Assembly: GCF_036588685.1 (NCBI RefSeq)
Contig: NC_086383.1
Location: forward strand, 45,074,001-45,138,000
Reading direction: 5' to 3'
From: Mytilus trossulus
Lineage: Eukaryota
DNA: 64,000 nucleotides
Shown: piece by piece, positions 39,101 to 52,000 of the stretch
How positions within the stretch are numbered: position 1 is the stretch's first letter
Layout: every line of letters begins with the position of its first letter
The notes under the pieces: model-generated
The model's input: only the letters and a program-made list of their open reading frames with translations
What the model was told of the DNA's origin: nothing
Databases searched by the model: none
Made by a program: the position numbers and the translations under genes

Positions 39101-42100
39101 ATTGACACATCATACCTTTGTTAGACTTTGCCAATATGATTTATATACATTTATAGAATGTACAGAAAATAAGTAACAACCTTAGACAGTGCAAATCTAA
39201 TCCAGCAACTTTTGTGAAAGGCACAAACTTACTGATTTTGTTAGAAAATAAACATATATTTTACAAACCTTTTGTGGAATATTCTTATGACATCCCTGCT
39301 TAGCTTCAAATTTTTTCACTAAACTAGTAAAATAAACAAAACATCTCTCAGAGTATGACGCCATGCTTTTAATAGTACTGCAGCTGTCTTCAGTTAAGTT
39401 CTGGAGGAAAAAATAAATATATAACATTAAATGCCAATGTAGAATTAACAAATTTTACATTCATCCTAAAATTTGCTACAAAGGCTATTTCAGGTAAATA
39501 CTTCATAAAACTAAGTAGGAGTTATTTGATCCAACTGATTCTAGTTACATATTGTACACATTCATTTTTTATATAATTAAGGATGTAAGCTTTCTCGTTT
39601 GAATTGTTTTACGTTCCCATATCGGGGTCTTTTATAGGTGACAATGCGGTAAGGGCTCTGCTCATTGTTGAAGGATGTACTGTGACCGATAGTTTTTAAT
39701 GTATGTGTCATTTTGGTCTTTTTTGGGCAGTTGTTTCATTGGCAATCATAACACATGTTCTTTTTTATATGACCCTAAATATTATGATCACTCTTGTTTG
39801 AAATACTGGAAGATTTACATGGACCATGTTCTATACACTCTTCAAAACTTTGACTTCTTGGGAATTTGTCACCATATTTAATATCACTCATGACATTTAT
39901 CTCATAGTTAAACAGTTCATTTTTTTGACATTTGTGTTTCATGTAAAAATAGCTACTGTGTTATATGTGTTTGCCTTGATGTACAAATATTCAAATTTGA
40001 TTATGAAAATTGAAATAACTATATCATTCCGTGCTGGGTATATTCCAATCTTGACATGGACAGGCATATCATTTGTCAACATTTTACACCTTGCATATCC
40101 TCGATATAAATATATTGAAAATATACTGTCTATTCCCATGTCGAATGGACATAAATCACAGTATGATACAAGTTAAACTATAAGCTTCTGCTCACTGATG
40201 ATACCTCCGCCACAAGTGGATAATTTAGTCTAAAAATAGGTATTAGTGGAAGCAGGAACAGGAAGTTTGAATCTGAAACTGATCACAGTGCATAGCTGAC
40301 TTATATAAAGATAATTTGTCTCATATTCATCTTTTTTTCTCTCTCTCTAAAATGTTGGTGAAAAATTTCAACGAGTGACCGAACAACACATTTATTTACA
40401 AATGCTCAAAGCACAGGAGTTAATTATCAGTGTTGTTCTGTCACAAGTTGAATATTTTTCGATTTATGATTTCTTTAATTAGTTTTTCTTTTGATTACAT
40501 TGTCTAATGATTTTTTTTTTAAAGAAATTTATGTAAAAACATGTAAGGAACTATATCTTTTTTCTATGCATTCATAATTTGTTATAATCCGCAGTTATCT
40601 ACAACACCTATTGTTGTATGACATTAGAGAGGGAAATAACCACCTCTATTTCGCATGTGAAATTATCGGTTTTCAATGAATGACCGAACAACACTTTTAT
40701 TTACGAATGTTGAAGTGCATGTCAGAGTTAATTATCAGTGTTTTTCAGTCACAAGTTAAATATTTTTTCGATATTTGATTTCTTTAATTAGTTTTTCTTT
40801 TGATTACATTGTCTAATGATTTTTTTTTTTAGAAATTTATGTAGAAAATGTAAGGAACTATTATAACTTTCTACTACACATTGACAATTTGTTTTCATCT
40901 GACGTTATTGACCTCTTGACAACGCCTATAGTTGTATGACGTCAGAGAGTGAAATAACCATGCTTATTTTGCATGTGAAATTATCGGTTTTTATGTAATT
41001 GGGAAATCAATGTAATTCATTGCAACCAATGTAATAATATTTGTTAATGATTTTCTTCTTCATTGTATGATACGTGTGTTTCTTTTAGTGTTGGTCCAGT
41101 ACTGTAAATTATTTATTATGCACTTCAAACTTTGGACTGATACTATATGAAGTTCAATTTTTCTATGCTTTTACGGAATAAGAAATCTAAAAATATGTTG
41201 ATTAAAAGAGTGAAATAGGTTTTTGGTAAAACGACTTACTTGAAATGTCACTGGCAAAGTTGACATTTGAAAGTTATGTCTGTTGCCTAACAGTCTTGCT
41301 TCCTCTGGTGTTAAACCTACATACACTGACACATCTAATTCTCTGCAAAGGAATTACTAAATAAATAATTAACATCCAATATTTGTGAGCTAGGCATATG
41401 AATTTAGTCTTGCTCAAGTTATGCATGCACACTCTTTGAGTATTTTTCTATATTTTAAGAAAACTTTTGTGTGTAAAAATCTAAAAACCCATATATCTTA
41501 TTTTATTCAAATTTCAGCTATATTCATATGCTCTGGCCAAAAGTATCAGTCACCTGCATTTGTAAATGTTAGATCTGTAAATTTGCTTTCCAAATTTATG
41601 GTTCTTCCCTCTCCGGGTTTCCAACCCATGCTACTGTGATATTGTGACACCAAATCGCCTGCACTGCAGCCGTATATTATATGTTATTCAGGTCTCAGAC
41701 AGGGTATATACTGTGACATTCCCGGCTTTGAGTTTATATCCCCTGAGCCAAAGGGGAAGGGGATATTAGCCCTAAGCCGGGAATGTCACAGTATATACCC
41801 TTTCTGAGACCTGAATTACACATATATTACGGATAACCACTGACTTAATGCTATTCCAGTGCAGGTATTTATTGAAAACACATATATATAAGTTGAAAAA
41901 CCCAACCTTATATGTTCGGTATACGTGAAGGATTTTCTAATTTGCTGTGATCATAATTTTATCGTGTATGTAATAATTTATAATAACACTTTTAACATTA
42001 AATTTAAGTATTAAAAGTGTAAATTGCGTGTTTTTGTATCAAAAATGTATTATTGACTGAAGCACGTCATTATTTTTTCTGTGAATCTCTGATAGTCTGA

Positions 42101-45100
42101 TAGCTTTTGACTACGTCACAATATAGTAACTTGTGTTATGATGATGTTTTTGAGGTTCCAATCAGGGATAAAAACGTTGTATATACCCTGGCAGTTTCCT
42201 GAATATATACTGACCATCTCTGTGTTGTTATCCAATCACAAACCTTGACACATTTGTAATCAGTAATATATATATATATATATGTAAAAAATACCATAAT
42301 TAAAAACATTCATAAATTACATGGCTACTGTTAAAGTGATAAAACCAATTTACCCAATTCCTTTAATTCCTTCTTCTTGTAATCCCTTGATAGCAGCCAC
42401 AAGGTGATTACCACCAAGCAAGTAAAGAGTAAAATCAGTAGATTTTATTTCTGAATTACTCTCTAGGAGTTGTCCTCTAAATTTGTCAGGATCAGAACAC
42501 TGTAATAAATGTTAATATGCATATCAACATTTTCTCATTATTTTTATTGTGTATATGACAGATTAAGTAGTAGAAAAGAATTTTGTATTTTGAAACAGTC
42601 TAGTGTATTTTAGTTATATTTTGTACTTATTTAAAAAAAAAACTTAACCATTATAGAGTGTAAATTATTGTAAATTTTAATATACAATCTGCAATCCTGG
42701 AACTATGTACAGAGAGATCAATACACTTACGTATACACTCTCAGGCTTTACAATGATTGTTGTTTTTGGCCCTGAATTCATTAACTGTTGGACCCATAAC
42801 CCCGGAAATAAATCCCAACCTTCTACTTGTGGTATTAAACATTGTGGTATAATTTTAGAGCAATCAAAATACTTATACACAAAGCATCATCCTGAATCTT
42901 GAAAATCACTTAAACTAAAGTTATTGTCCAGAAACCAATGTTTCTTTGGACGACACAGATGATGACATTATATCATTATATTTTGTATATATTGTAATTG
43001 ATCTCAGTTTTGTAGTAATAAGAATTGTTTTTGAATTAAATAACAATTAGAGTGGGCAACCGAAAATTAGATTACAGAAGCAAACAAAAAATTCAGCAAT
43101 TTTTCAATTTGTAAATGGGGCATATCTCTAGAACGGCAAAAGTGTTGTGACACCACTAAAATTCTAAATTTTTTCTGTGTTTTCTGGTAATAAGCACTGT
43201 GTTTTAGTTTTACAACAATATGGTTAAGGCAAACTGAAGTTGGAGATCATAAACAAAATTTAGGTTATACAAACTGACAAGGATAAAACTTATTGCTACA
43301 GCAAGACATTAATAATAATAATAAGATTAACGGTACCAAAACGTATGCATTAAAAGTACAAGGACATGTATATAAAAAAATGTACACTTATTCTTGATAA
43401 GTTTATACTGATTATTAATCAACTGTTATACATTACACGCCTGGAGTGCAAACCCTAAATATTAATACAGTTTTTGTTTCAAATTTTAGTATTTAAAAGT
43501 ACCTGTGATGGGTCCACTAGCACAGGCAGATGTGTCCCCTGTGGGATTGCTGCTTGCTCACGTATCTTATTTCTTATCTCCACAACCCAGTCCTCTCTTA
43601 CTGTCCTGCATAAATATTCCTGTGGTGGGCTAGAAAGGGTCTGAGCATCAACAGTAAATTCACCTATTAAAGCACAAATAATTATTTGATAATGACTTAC
43701 AATAAATTGCATGTATTACAACATTTCTTTGATTTACACCTTCTGATAATGATAAGAATCAATTGCATGCTTCTTAATATGTCCACAGTGATATTATAAA
43801 GTCAATTAAAAAAGCTTTATAAAATTGAGAATGGAATTATATAATAAAATAAATACCATTTTATATGCAGATCACAAAATCCAGGCAAATATATTTTTGT
43901 ACATTATCAACTTATCATGCTTTATATAATGATTAAAAAAATACTTGTAATTGTCTTCAATTTTAGATAATTTAATGAAATACAATTACATACATGAATA
44001 TAAAACTGTAAGAACCAAATTATTTTTAAAATTCCTACTGTTCATATGCTGTAAAAATGTTCAAAATTTCAAATAAATTACCAATCAATTTATCATCTTC
44101 AACAGATTTACCAAAACTGGGCTCAATATGGGTTACTTCTGGCAGTCTGTTCTCTTTTTCTTTGGTTATTTTTCTGGAGGGTTTGGCCTGAAAACTTTTG
44201 ATTACTTCAATGGAACCTGTATATTTGTCTTTGCCCAGTTTAAGCCCCTTCTTCTGACCAATGAAATAAATCTACAAAAAAAGAATACATATGCTTATCT
44301 TGATATGTTACATGCACATTATAGAATACAGAATGGAATCAGGGAATGTGTCAATTATGTATATATACCATTATTACTGACTTTTATTTTCAATAATCAT
44401 AATTTATAACACAATTATAAATGTTTCGAAGGTGATGGTACCCAAATTGCACCTATTTTGACAGTTTTTTCACCTACGTTTTTTTATGATCAAGAAAAAA
44501 TTTCCATTCTGTGTTTATTTTGTAGCCCTATCCTTCTTTACTGTCTAGGTACACCAGTTTGATTTTTAATCTATATTGAGTCATTAAAAATTGGGGTTGA
44601 ATCAACCTCCAAACTATTCATGATTTTGTAATGAGGAGTACCCAAATTGCATCTATGCCTAAATTCACATAGTCAAAAGTCTAATAACCGAGCTTCTGTT
44701 TAATTTCTTTAAAATATTTTGAACAATTGGATATTAGTCCATGCTTACTCTTCATATTTTACTAAATGGATTCTTATAATACATTGTCTTTGCTAATTTT
44801 AAAAAAGATGACGTTTTCGTACATTTTGCTTTTACAGTTAACATCCATCTGTTGATAAATACTGTGAACGTTTTGTGTATATCTGTAAATATGTTTACCT
44901 ATGTTGAGTATCAAATCATAAAAATAAAAATTGTTTAGTCTCTAGAAAATCTTGTAAGATTTCCGTTGCTATTCTTTTCTGAATAGGTGCAATTTGGATA
45001 CCCTTATATTATTGGTCTCTGTGTGTCATTCAAATGCTATATCCATCAAGTATACAATAATATAATTAATGGGAGGGTTATGTATATCTTTCGATATTTA

Positions 45101-45767
45101 TATACCTTCTAAAAATAGAACTCCATAATAAACACATGTAAAAATACTGGTTGCTTTATACGATGTAGTCCGGTAACTCCGCCCACATAGGGCTTTGATC
45201 TGTATATATATCTTTATTCTTTATTATATAAAAATAGCTACATATATATGTAGAGTGATCATATTATCATCAAATTCTTTAACTTTTGTACATCATTAAG
45301 GGTGTTGTCTTCTTGTTAATAAAGAATGCAAATCAACTAAATGTATGTGCGAACAATAATTTTATGTTTACGCCTACTCGGAATTTTTGTAAGTTTAATT
45401 TTAACTTTTGACACATGCGCAGATCTAATTGTTGTCTAACAAGACGACATTCATTTCGACATCTAAAAAGAAGCGATGCCCTGTACTTTAAAATCAGATT
45501 ATAAATCGGACATTGAACATTTTTTAAAGTTAAATAGGATAAAAATATACTTTAATATTGTGAGAATATTGATAGTTGGGAGCCGATAGTTGTAAATGTA
45601 GCGAACTCGCAAGTTCGTGGGCTAAAGCCGATTGATTTCTAATAAATTCTTACCAAGTAGACAAATTTACTCTCTTTGACGGATTTAACCTTCGGATATT
45701 TCTTTCCATTTTCATCAACTGCTTGTTTGCCACCAATTTTTAAAACCCCTGCGTCTATCTTCCACAT
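36127..45767 (-). CDS. ParB/sulfiredoxin-like domain protein, 8 exons, about 458 aa (putative transposon accessory gene)
   Basis: Exons 45767-45654 (MWKIDAG...FVYL), 44271-44082, 43663-43503 (LSSPPQEYLCRTVREDWVVEIRNKI...LPVLVDP), 42499-42354 (FTLYLLGGNHLVAAIKGL), 41342-41240 (LDVSVYVGLTPEEARLLGNRHN...VTFQ), 39400-39269, 38140-37924 (LFRALQGL...TWEEAYKTYP), 36440-36127 (stop). All introns are GT-AG with matching phases and there is no internal stop (1377 nt). R..REDWV / PVLV / LLGGNH..AA / VY.GLT.EEA..L...HN follows the ParB N-terminal (Srx) fold pattern. Confidence 0.8.
37307..37905 (-). mobile_element. HINE-type element with internal repeats of about 160 bp
   Basis: AACAAGAGGCTGTC...GACAGC hairpin end; repeated CAAGAACCATAACT units. 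Confidence 0.65.
44435..45005. mobile_element. MITE in intron 1 of the ParB-like gene
   Basis: GTACCCAAATTGCACCTATT / AATAGGTGCAATTTGGATAC inverted termini. Confidence 0.7.
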
Positions 45768-46079
45768 CTTGAGTTTGATTATTGACAGACGATCAGCTGC
45801 ACGTGACCAATTTACAACCACAACACAAACAAAGCGAGCAAAGTAGTTCCATCAACAATGCGCGAATTCATATGCTGTTGCCGACATTTAGCATGTTTGA
45901 AGTAAAACGCAAACAAGTTATTTCATTAACTTTATCACAATTACATCAAATATATATCTGGAGTAATAATATCTTTAGAAGTTACTTATATTACTCCACG
46001 AACGAAAATAGAATTTGGAAATCCGCACGCGATTTGACTTCCAGATCGTCTGAACAGACTGCTGAACAGCTGAAGGAAT
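45768..46079. promoter_or_regulatory. Divergent promoter between the ParB-like gene and the transposase gene
   Basis: The inferred ATGs (45767 minus, 46080 plus) are 312 bp apart. The region is CpG-richer than its flanks, with CAGCTG and CACGTG E-box motifs at about 45794-45805. Confidence 0.65.
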
Positions 46080-49000
46080 ATGGCAGATTCTGATGATTAT
46101 TTCAATTCGTTAGAAGATGTAATAGGTAAGGCTTGGTTCCCAAAAAGCATTTACACATTTAAAATACTGATGTTTCAAATAAGAATAATGATATGGCCAG
46201 TTGAGACAGTTTACAATATTTCCGTGTAAGTGTGTAACATTTGATACCCGATTCACCGTAAATCGACAACTTTCAAGGACTGAAAGTTCCAATATTTTCC
46301 TACAAAACTTCAGTAAATAAAAATTGCTCCTGCCTGTTACAGCTACAACAAGTTTTTCTCATCCATACAGTTAAATTTTCCATCAAAATTTACAATGACA
46401 TACATGTAATTATTAAAATCAAACTTGGACAGAAGCTTCTAAGTCCTCTTAATACTGACAAAAGATAGTATCTAGAGGAAAATATGAAAGAAGCGAAAAA
46501 CCTCAGTTACAAATTTTTATTGAAAAAATTGAGGTTGTTGCACCATAGCTCTGGATAAATTTTTCACCAAATAAAAACTAAATAGCAAGAATTATTTGCT
46601 TATTTAGGTTAAAATACTCAAAGTCAATGTGCTGATTTGAAATAGTTTAACAAAACCCTGCTAAAGTGACCACATGTATAAAACAAAACATAGAAAAAAA
46701 CCTATAAGCCACACTATCTTCACATGTACAAAAGAGTTAAATTTTCCACGTACAGAAACAATAAAAAAAAAAAGTGCTTTGAAACATAAAAAATATATGT
46801 ATCTAACTCCTTAATTTTTTAATTCAATGAAATGAAGGCTTACGAATTGTTTGTATCTGTTATTTACATTTAATGTCTTGCATATTATAATTGATAGAGA
46901 TAAACTGTGAACAGCAAAATTGTTCAGCAAAGTAATATCTACAAAAAAGTCAAAATGACTCTGAAACAAAAGCATTTACAGCAATCTGAAATTGGAAAAA
47001 AAATTTCATCACTTCAAGTTCTATCTGCTCAGAATTTTAAGACACATTATACCACCTGTTGATGGGTTGCTGCCCAAAATTGAAAATTTATGTAAACTTT
47101 ACAAGTTTTTGGTTAATTTCTTGAAAATAATGTTGAGTAAAGAGACCGCATATGCCCTGCAGGGCACAGCTTTATATGACTGCAAAGGTAAAAATGATAA
47201 ACCCCACCCCCTTTTTTTATTTTTAGCTCCCCTTCTAATTTCTAATGGAGTTGGCAACAATAAATACTCATTTTAATACATCATGAGTTATAAAATGTTA
47301 TATGAGGGTGGTAAAGGGGGGTACTGAACACGGAAATACATGAAATAAAAATCATAAAAACGTAGCACGAAAAATAAAAATCGAGAGAAACGAAGCACGA
47401 GAAATAAAATCGTAAATATTAAGATTGATTGTTGGTTGCTTAACGTCCAGTGTAAATATTAAGAAAAAAAGTACCAGCAGTTATTACTCAGCCGTTCTTG
47501 GAGTTCATGTAGATATTGTTAATGGACATACTGTAAAGACCTTGTGGTCACCTTTACACATCTGCTTTGAATAAATATTATTAGAATGGTAACAATATAC
47601 ATCAATTTCTATTATATTACACAAGTTTCAAAAAGTACAATAACTCACTGACTTTGAGTTAGTTTCAATTTACTTTTTCATCAACTTCTTTATGCGGAAA
47701 AAGGCAAGAACGAGAAATTAGGAGCACCGACACGAAACACAGAAAATAAATAAGGGGAAATACAAAGCATGCACATCGAACCAAACACGGAAACATGCGA
47801 AATAAAAAGGCTGAAAACGTTGCACGTAAATAACCCTTTAACACTCTCTTATACAGTCATGTTTAAAAGTAATATTAATTAATACAGAAACTTATAAAAA
47901 TAAATTTACAGCTACATGTACACATCTCAAGAAAGTCTGTTATGACCAAGCTGTCTAACAGTCAACATACATAAAAGATCAGTAATACAAGATCAAGAAA
48001 ATAAGATTATTGTCATGAATAAAATTGAAAATGGAAATGGGTAATTTGTCAAAGAGACAACAACCCGACCATAAATCAGACAAGACAGAAGGCCGCCAAT
48101 GGGTCTTGGTTGCAGCAAGTAACTCCAGCATCCAGAAGCATCCTTAAGCTGACCCATAAACAAATATATATACTAGTTCAGTGATAATGGACGTCATACG
48201 AAACTCCGAATTATACACAAAAAATAAAATTAAAAATCATACAAGACTAACAAGCTTTTGACTTGGGACAGGCACAGAAATGATGCAGGGTTAAACATTT
48301 TTTTTTTTAGATCTTGACCTTCCCGCTGTACCTCTTGACTATTTTTGTCTTCAATGTTAGTGTTCTTGATGTTTGATTTGCCCATAGACCAACTTGGGTG
48401 TCATGGCCTGCTTTTTTTTTTATATTTCCTCCTTATCCACTCACCCTGGAAATTAATTGGTAGCTCTTTATTCACATACAAATGTCAAAATCAATGTAAT
48501 ATTTTGTTCTGCCCCTTTATGGATATATTGTATATTGATTGATGCTTTAATCTGTTCAATATTTCTTTAGATTCAGATTATGTAAATTTCACAGATACAT
48601 GGATGATGGAAATGAATAGGCCTGATGAAAGTGATAATGGTGAAGGTAATAAATTTGATTAAGGATTTTGATTGTTTAAGAGGGGGTACTGCTTTATTCA
48701 TGCTTCAGTGATTCCCTATATGATCAGCCAAAGTTTTGCCAAAAAAGGGGGTCTAGGGCCTCCTGGAAAATCCTCTAAATCCACCTCTGTAAATTTTTGA
48801 ATATGTAAAACTGATTGATTATGAACATTTTTTTTTAGCCCCAAACTCAATATCACAAATTATATTTTGGTTTGAATATTCAATTACCTGATTTGACGAT
48901 ATTGTGATATGAATGCATAAAAAAACAAATTAAGTCGTGCACAGAAGACTTATTATATTATATGGTGATAAATTTTACTTTCTCGATGTCCAGCTTAGAT

Positions 49001-52000
49001 GAGGCCATTTAAATATTATAAAAATGAGAAATCTTTAAGCTAAAGGATGTCAATTCCAGTCAAACGTTGTTAGCTTAACAGTACATAGCTACAGTTGATT
49101 TCAAAACCATACAGAAGCCGACAATGACAACATTGTTGGGTTGATGTTTAGACGAGTTGTATATACATGTATATGAGGATACTTTTTATATGGCGTTCCA
49201 AATATCGTTTCGATCCCTAACATCACTGAAGAGACATTTAATGTCGAAATCCTGATCTGGTGTACTAAAATATATTGACACTGTATGTTTGTGGCATAAG
49301 ATCGCGGCCACAAGTTTAAAAAGTGTTTCTGTTTAGTATTAAATTTATTTTAAGATCCATTTGGTTACATCTTGTGATCAATTTTATTTGGCAATTGTCA
49401 ATGGCAGTAAGCAGGGTTAAGAACATCAGTTGTTCGACCGGTTAGTCAAATGCGTTTTGTTTAAATATGCTTTTTCACTTTTTGGGTCTTTTGGAAAATG
49501 TTGTTTGTGCAATTTAGACTCGTATATATATATATATATATACAGATATAGAAGGATGTGGTATGAGTGCCAATGAGACAACTCTCCATCCAAATAAAAA
49601 TTCATAAAAGTAAACCATTGTAGGTCAAGGTACAGCCTTCAACAAGGAGGCTTGGCTCACACAGAACAACAAGCTATAAAGGGCCACAAAAAATACTAGT
49701 GATAAACCATTTAAACAGGAAAACCAACAGTCTTATTGCTTAAAAAAATGAAAAATGCATTTGTTCAAGATTGGATCAACATTATTTTTTACCAGTCACT
49801 CATTTCATATAATTTATAAAATGTATGCTATAGGTACAAATGTATAGTTATGTTTTAATCTGTTCAATAATTCTTTAGATTCAGATTATGAAAATATCAC
49901 AGATACATGTATGATGGAAATGAATAGTCCGGATGAAAGTGATAATGGTGAAGGTAATAAATTTAAGGTGGCTTAGGGTGTCTTAATAAAAACTGACAGA
50001 ATTTTTTGATAACTTGTCAAAATGAAGCTTTTATCATGCTTTTTTCAAATTGTCAGATTTTGAATAGCTTATTAATGGAAAATCAAATTTTGTGTGATAA
50101 AAAGAAAACGTTCTATAAGAACTTTAAGACAAAATGTGAGAATATTGCTCTTATAACATGCTTTCAAATAAGTAAAAGAAAAATGGGGTCACTGAACTTG
50201 TTTTCTTGCTACATATTGAAATAGGTAAATTTATAACACTTTCTATTGTAAAAATTACCTCATCGGAGTTATTTCCCCTTATTTGTCAAATTTAGAAAAA
50301 ATCTAATGAAACAGAAACAAGGTGTTTTTGAAAATTACAACTGCAATTATGTTTAAACACACAATTTTCTATATTCATATCAAAAGTCTTGTACAAAAAT
50401 TACATACAACTCTCAAAATTTGCACATTTCACCAAATATATAGACTAAAGATATCTGCTTATTCAAAATCGAAGATGGAGGAAGACACCCAAGCCTTATT
50501 AATTAATGATTTTGATTGTATAAGTAGCAAAAACTTAAAGTTTGTAGCTCCCAATTGTAATATTATAAGATTTATTCCAATCACAAATATCATCCCCAAA
50601 TGCATGATTTCCTTGGATTATGCTTTCATGCATATTACACTTACTACTGTATAACAATTTATACTGCAACCAGTTGTTTGTTTCCTAAATATAGTAATAC
50701 AGCTATATTTTCTGCAATGAGAATTTTATCATGCAACACTTTTCCACAATCAGGGGTTCCTAAAGGATGAAAATAAGTTTGAATTTAGTTTTACAATTTT
50801 AATAGCTATCATTGTATTAATTTAAGTTGCAGTACAAAAACAATATAAAGTCAATTTAAAACAAATATAAATTAACTTAGAGATACTCCTGCTTGCATGG
50901 TTACAATTTCTAAAGTAAATTTCTTAAAATTAATTTACTATTTTGAATTAAGTGAATTTATTTATTTTTCAAATTTCAGACAGCTATCAAGATACAGATG
51001 ATTCTGAGCTAGAATGCGAGTCAGGAGATGAAGTTGCGGAAAATATTGAAGCTGCAGGTAAATACTTTAAAGATGTGTATCTAAGGTTCTATGTTACACA
51101 ATTTAATAGAAAAAAAACAAGGTGTTCGCCTTTTTACTGATTTTTTGTCAAGCCTGCAACTTTTTTTGCAGAAAGCTCGACATAGGGATAGTGATATGGT
51201 GAGGGCAGCAGTGGTGTTAGCTAACAGTCTTAAAAGCTTTATATTTTAGAAGGTGGAAGACCTGGATGCTTTATACAAGTTTAATTTGACCTTGACCTCA
51301 TATTTATGGTTCATTGCTTAGTGTTTAGTACATGTATTTGTGTTTTAGTCTTCATGTTATCATGGTAATGTTTGCATTTCAGCACATAGAAAAAGAGGAA
51401 GACCATTTGGGTCTTCTGTTGACTGTCATCTGAATTATCCTGGAGATGAAACAATGGAAACTCCTGTGAGAAAAAGTAAGTAGCATGTATATATAATTTT
51501 ATATGTTCAGCCCTATGTCAACTTGGATGCAGACCATTAATCACCCCCCTTTATTGCATGTCTACCCATTATCACACACAAAAATTCTTCGGCGGTTCCA
51601 AAATGGAAACAGTCATTACAGCATTTTTCTCAATAAAATCACAGTCTTCACGTAGAACCAAAATTTAAAGGCCCAACAGCCCAGGCTTTTAAAATTGCTC
51701 TTGTGCCTGTAAAAATCAGTATACGTGTTATCAAATTGTTAGAAGGTACAAGGGATGTGACACTAAATTCATCTGTGTGTCCAATGTAAGACATTCTATG
51801 TTTGTGCTTATAATTGCTGGATGCTTGCCTAAGTGACATAAACCAATCACCGTTTTGCATGCACTTAAATATTCAGAATCTTTCAAAGGCAACTCATTGA
51901 CCCACTCAATATATTTTGATAAAATATTATATGAAAGTAAAAGTGTATCACATGTTTGTGTGCTTGAAGCGAGATGATTATTTCTGATGTTTTTAAAGGG

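Noticed and set aside
39780-40140. Open minus-strand stretch as the missing ParB-gene exon
   Set aside because: No convincing acceptor/donor pair in the required 0-0 phase and no recognisable motif.
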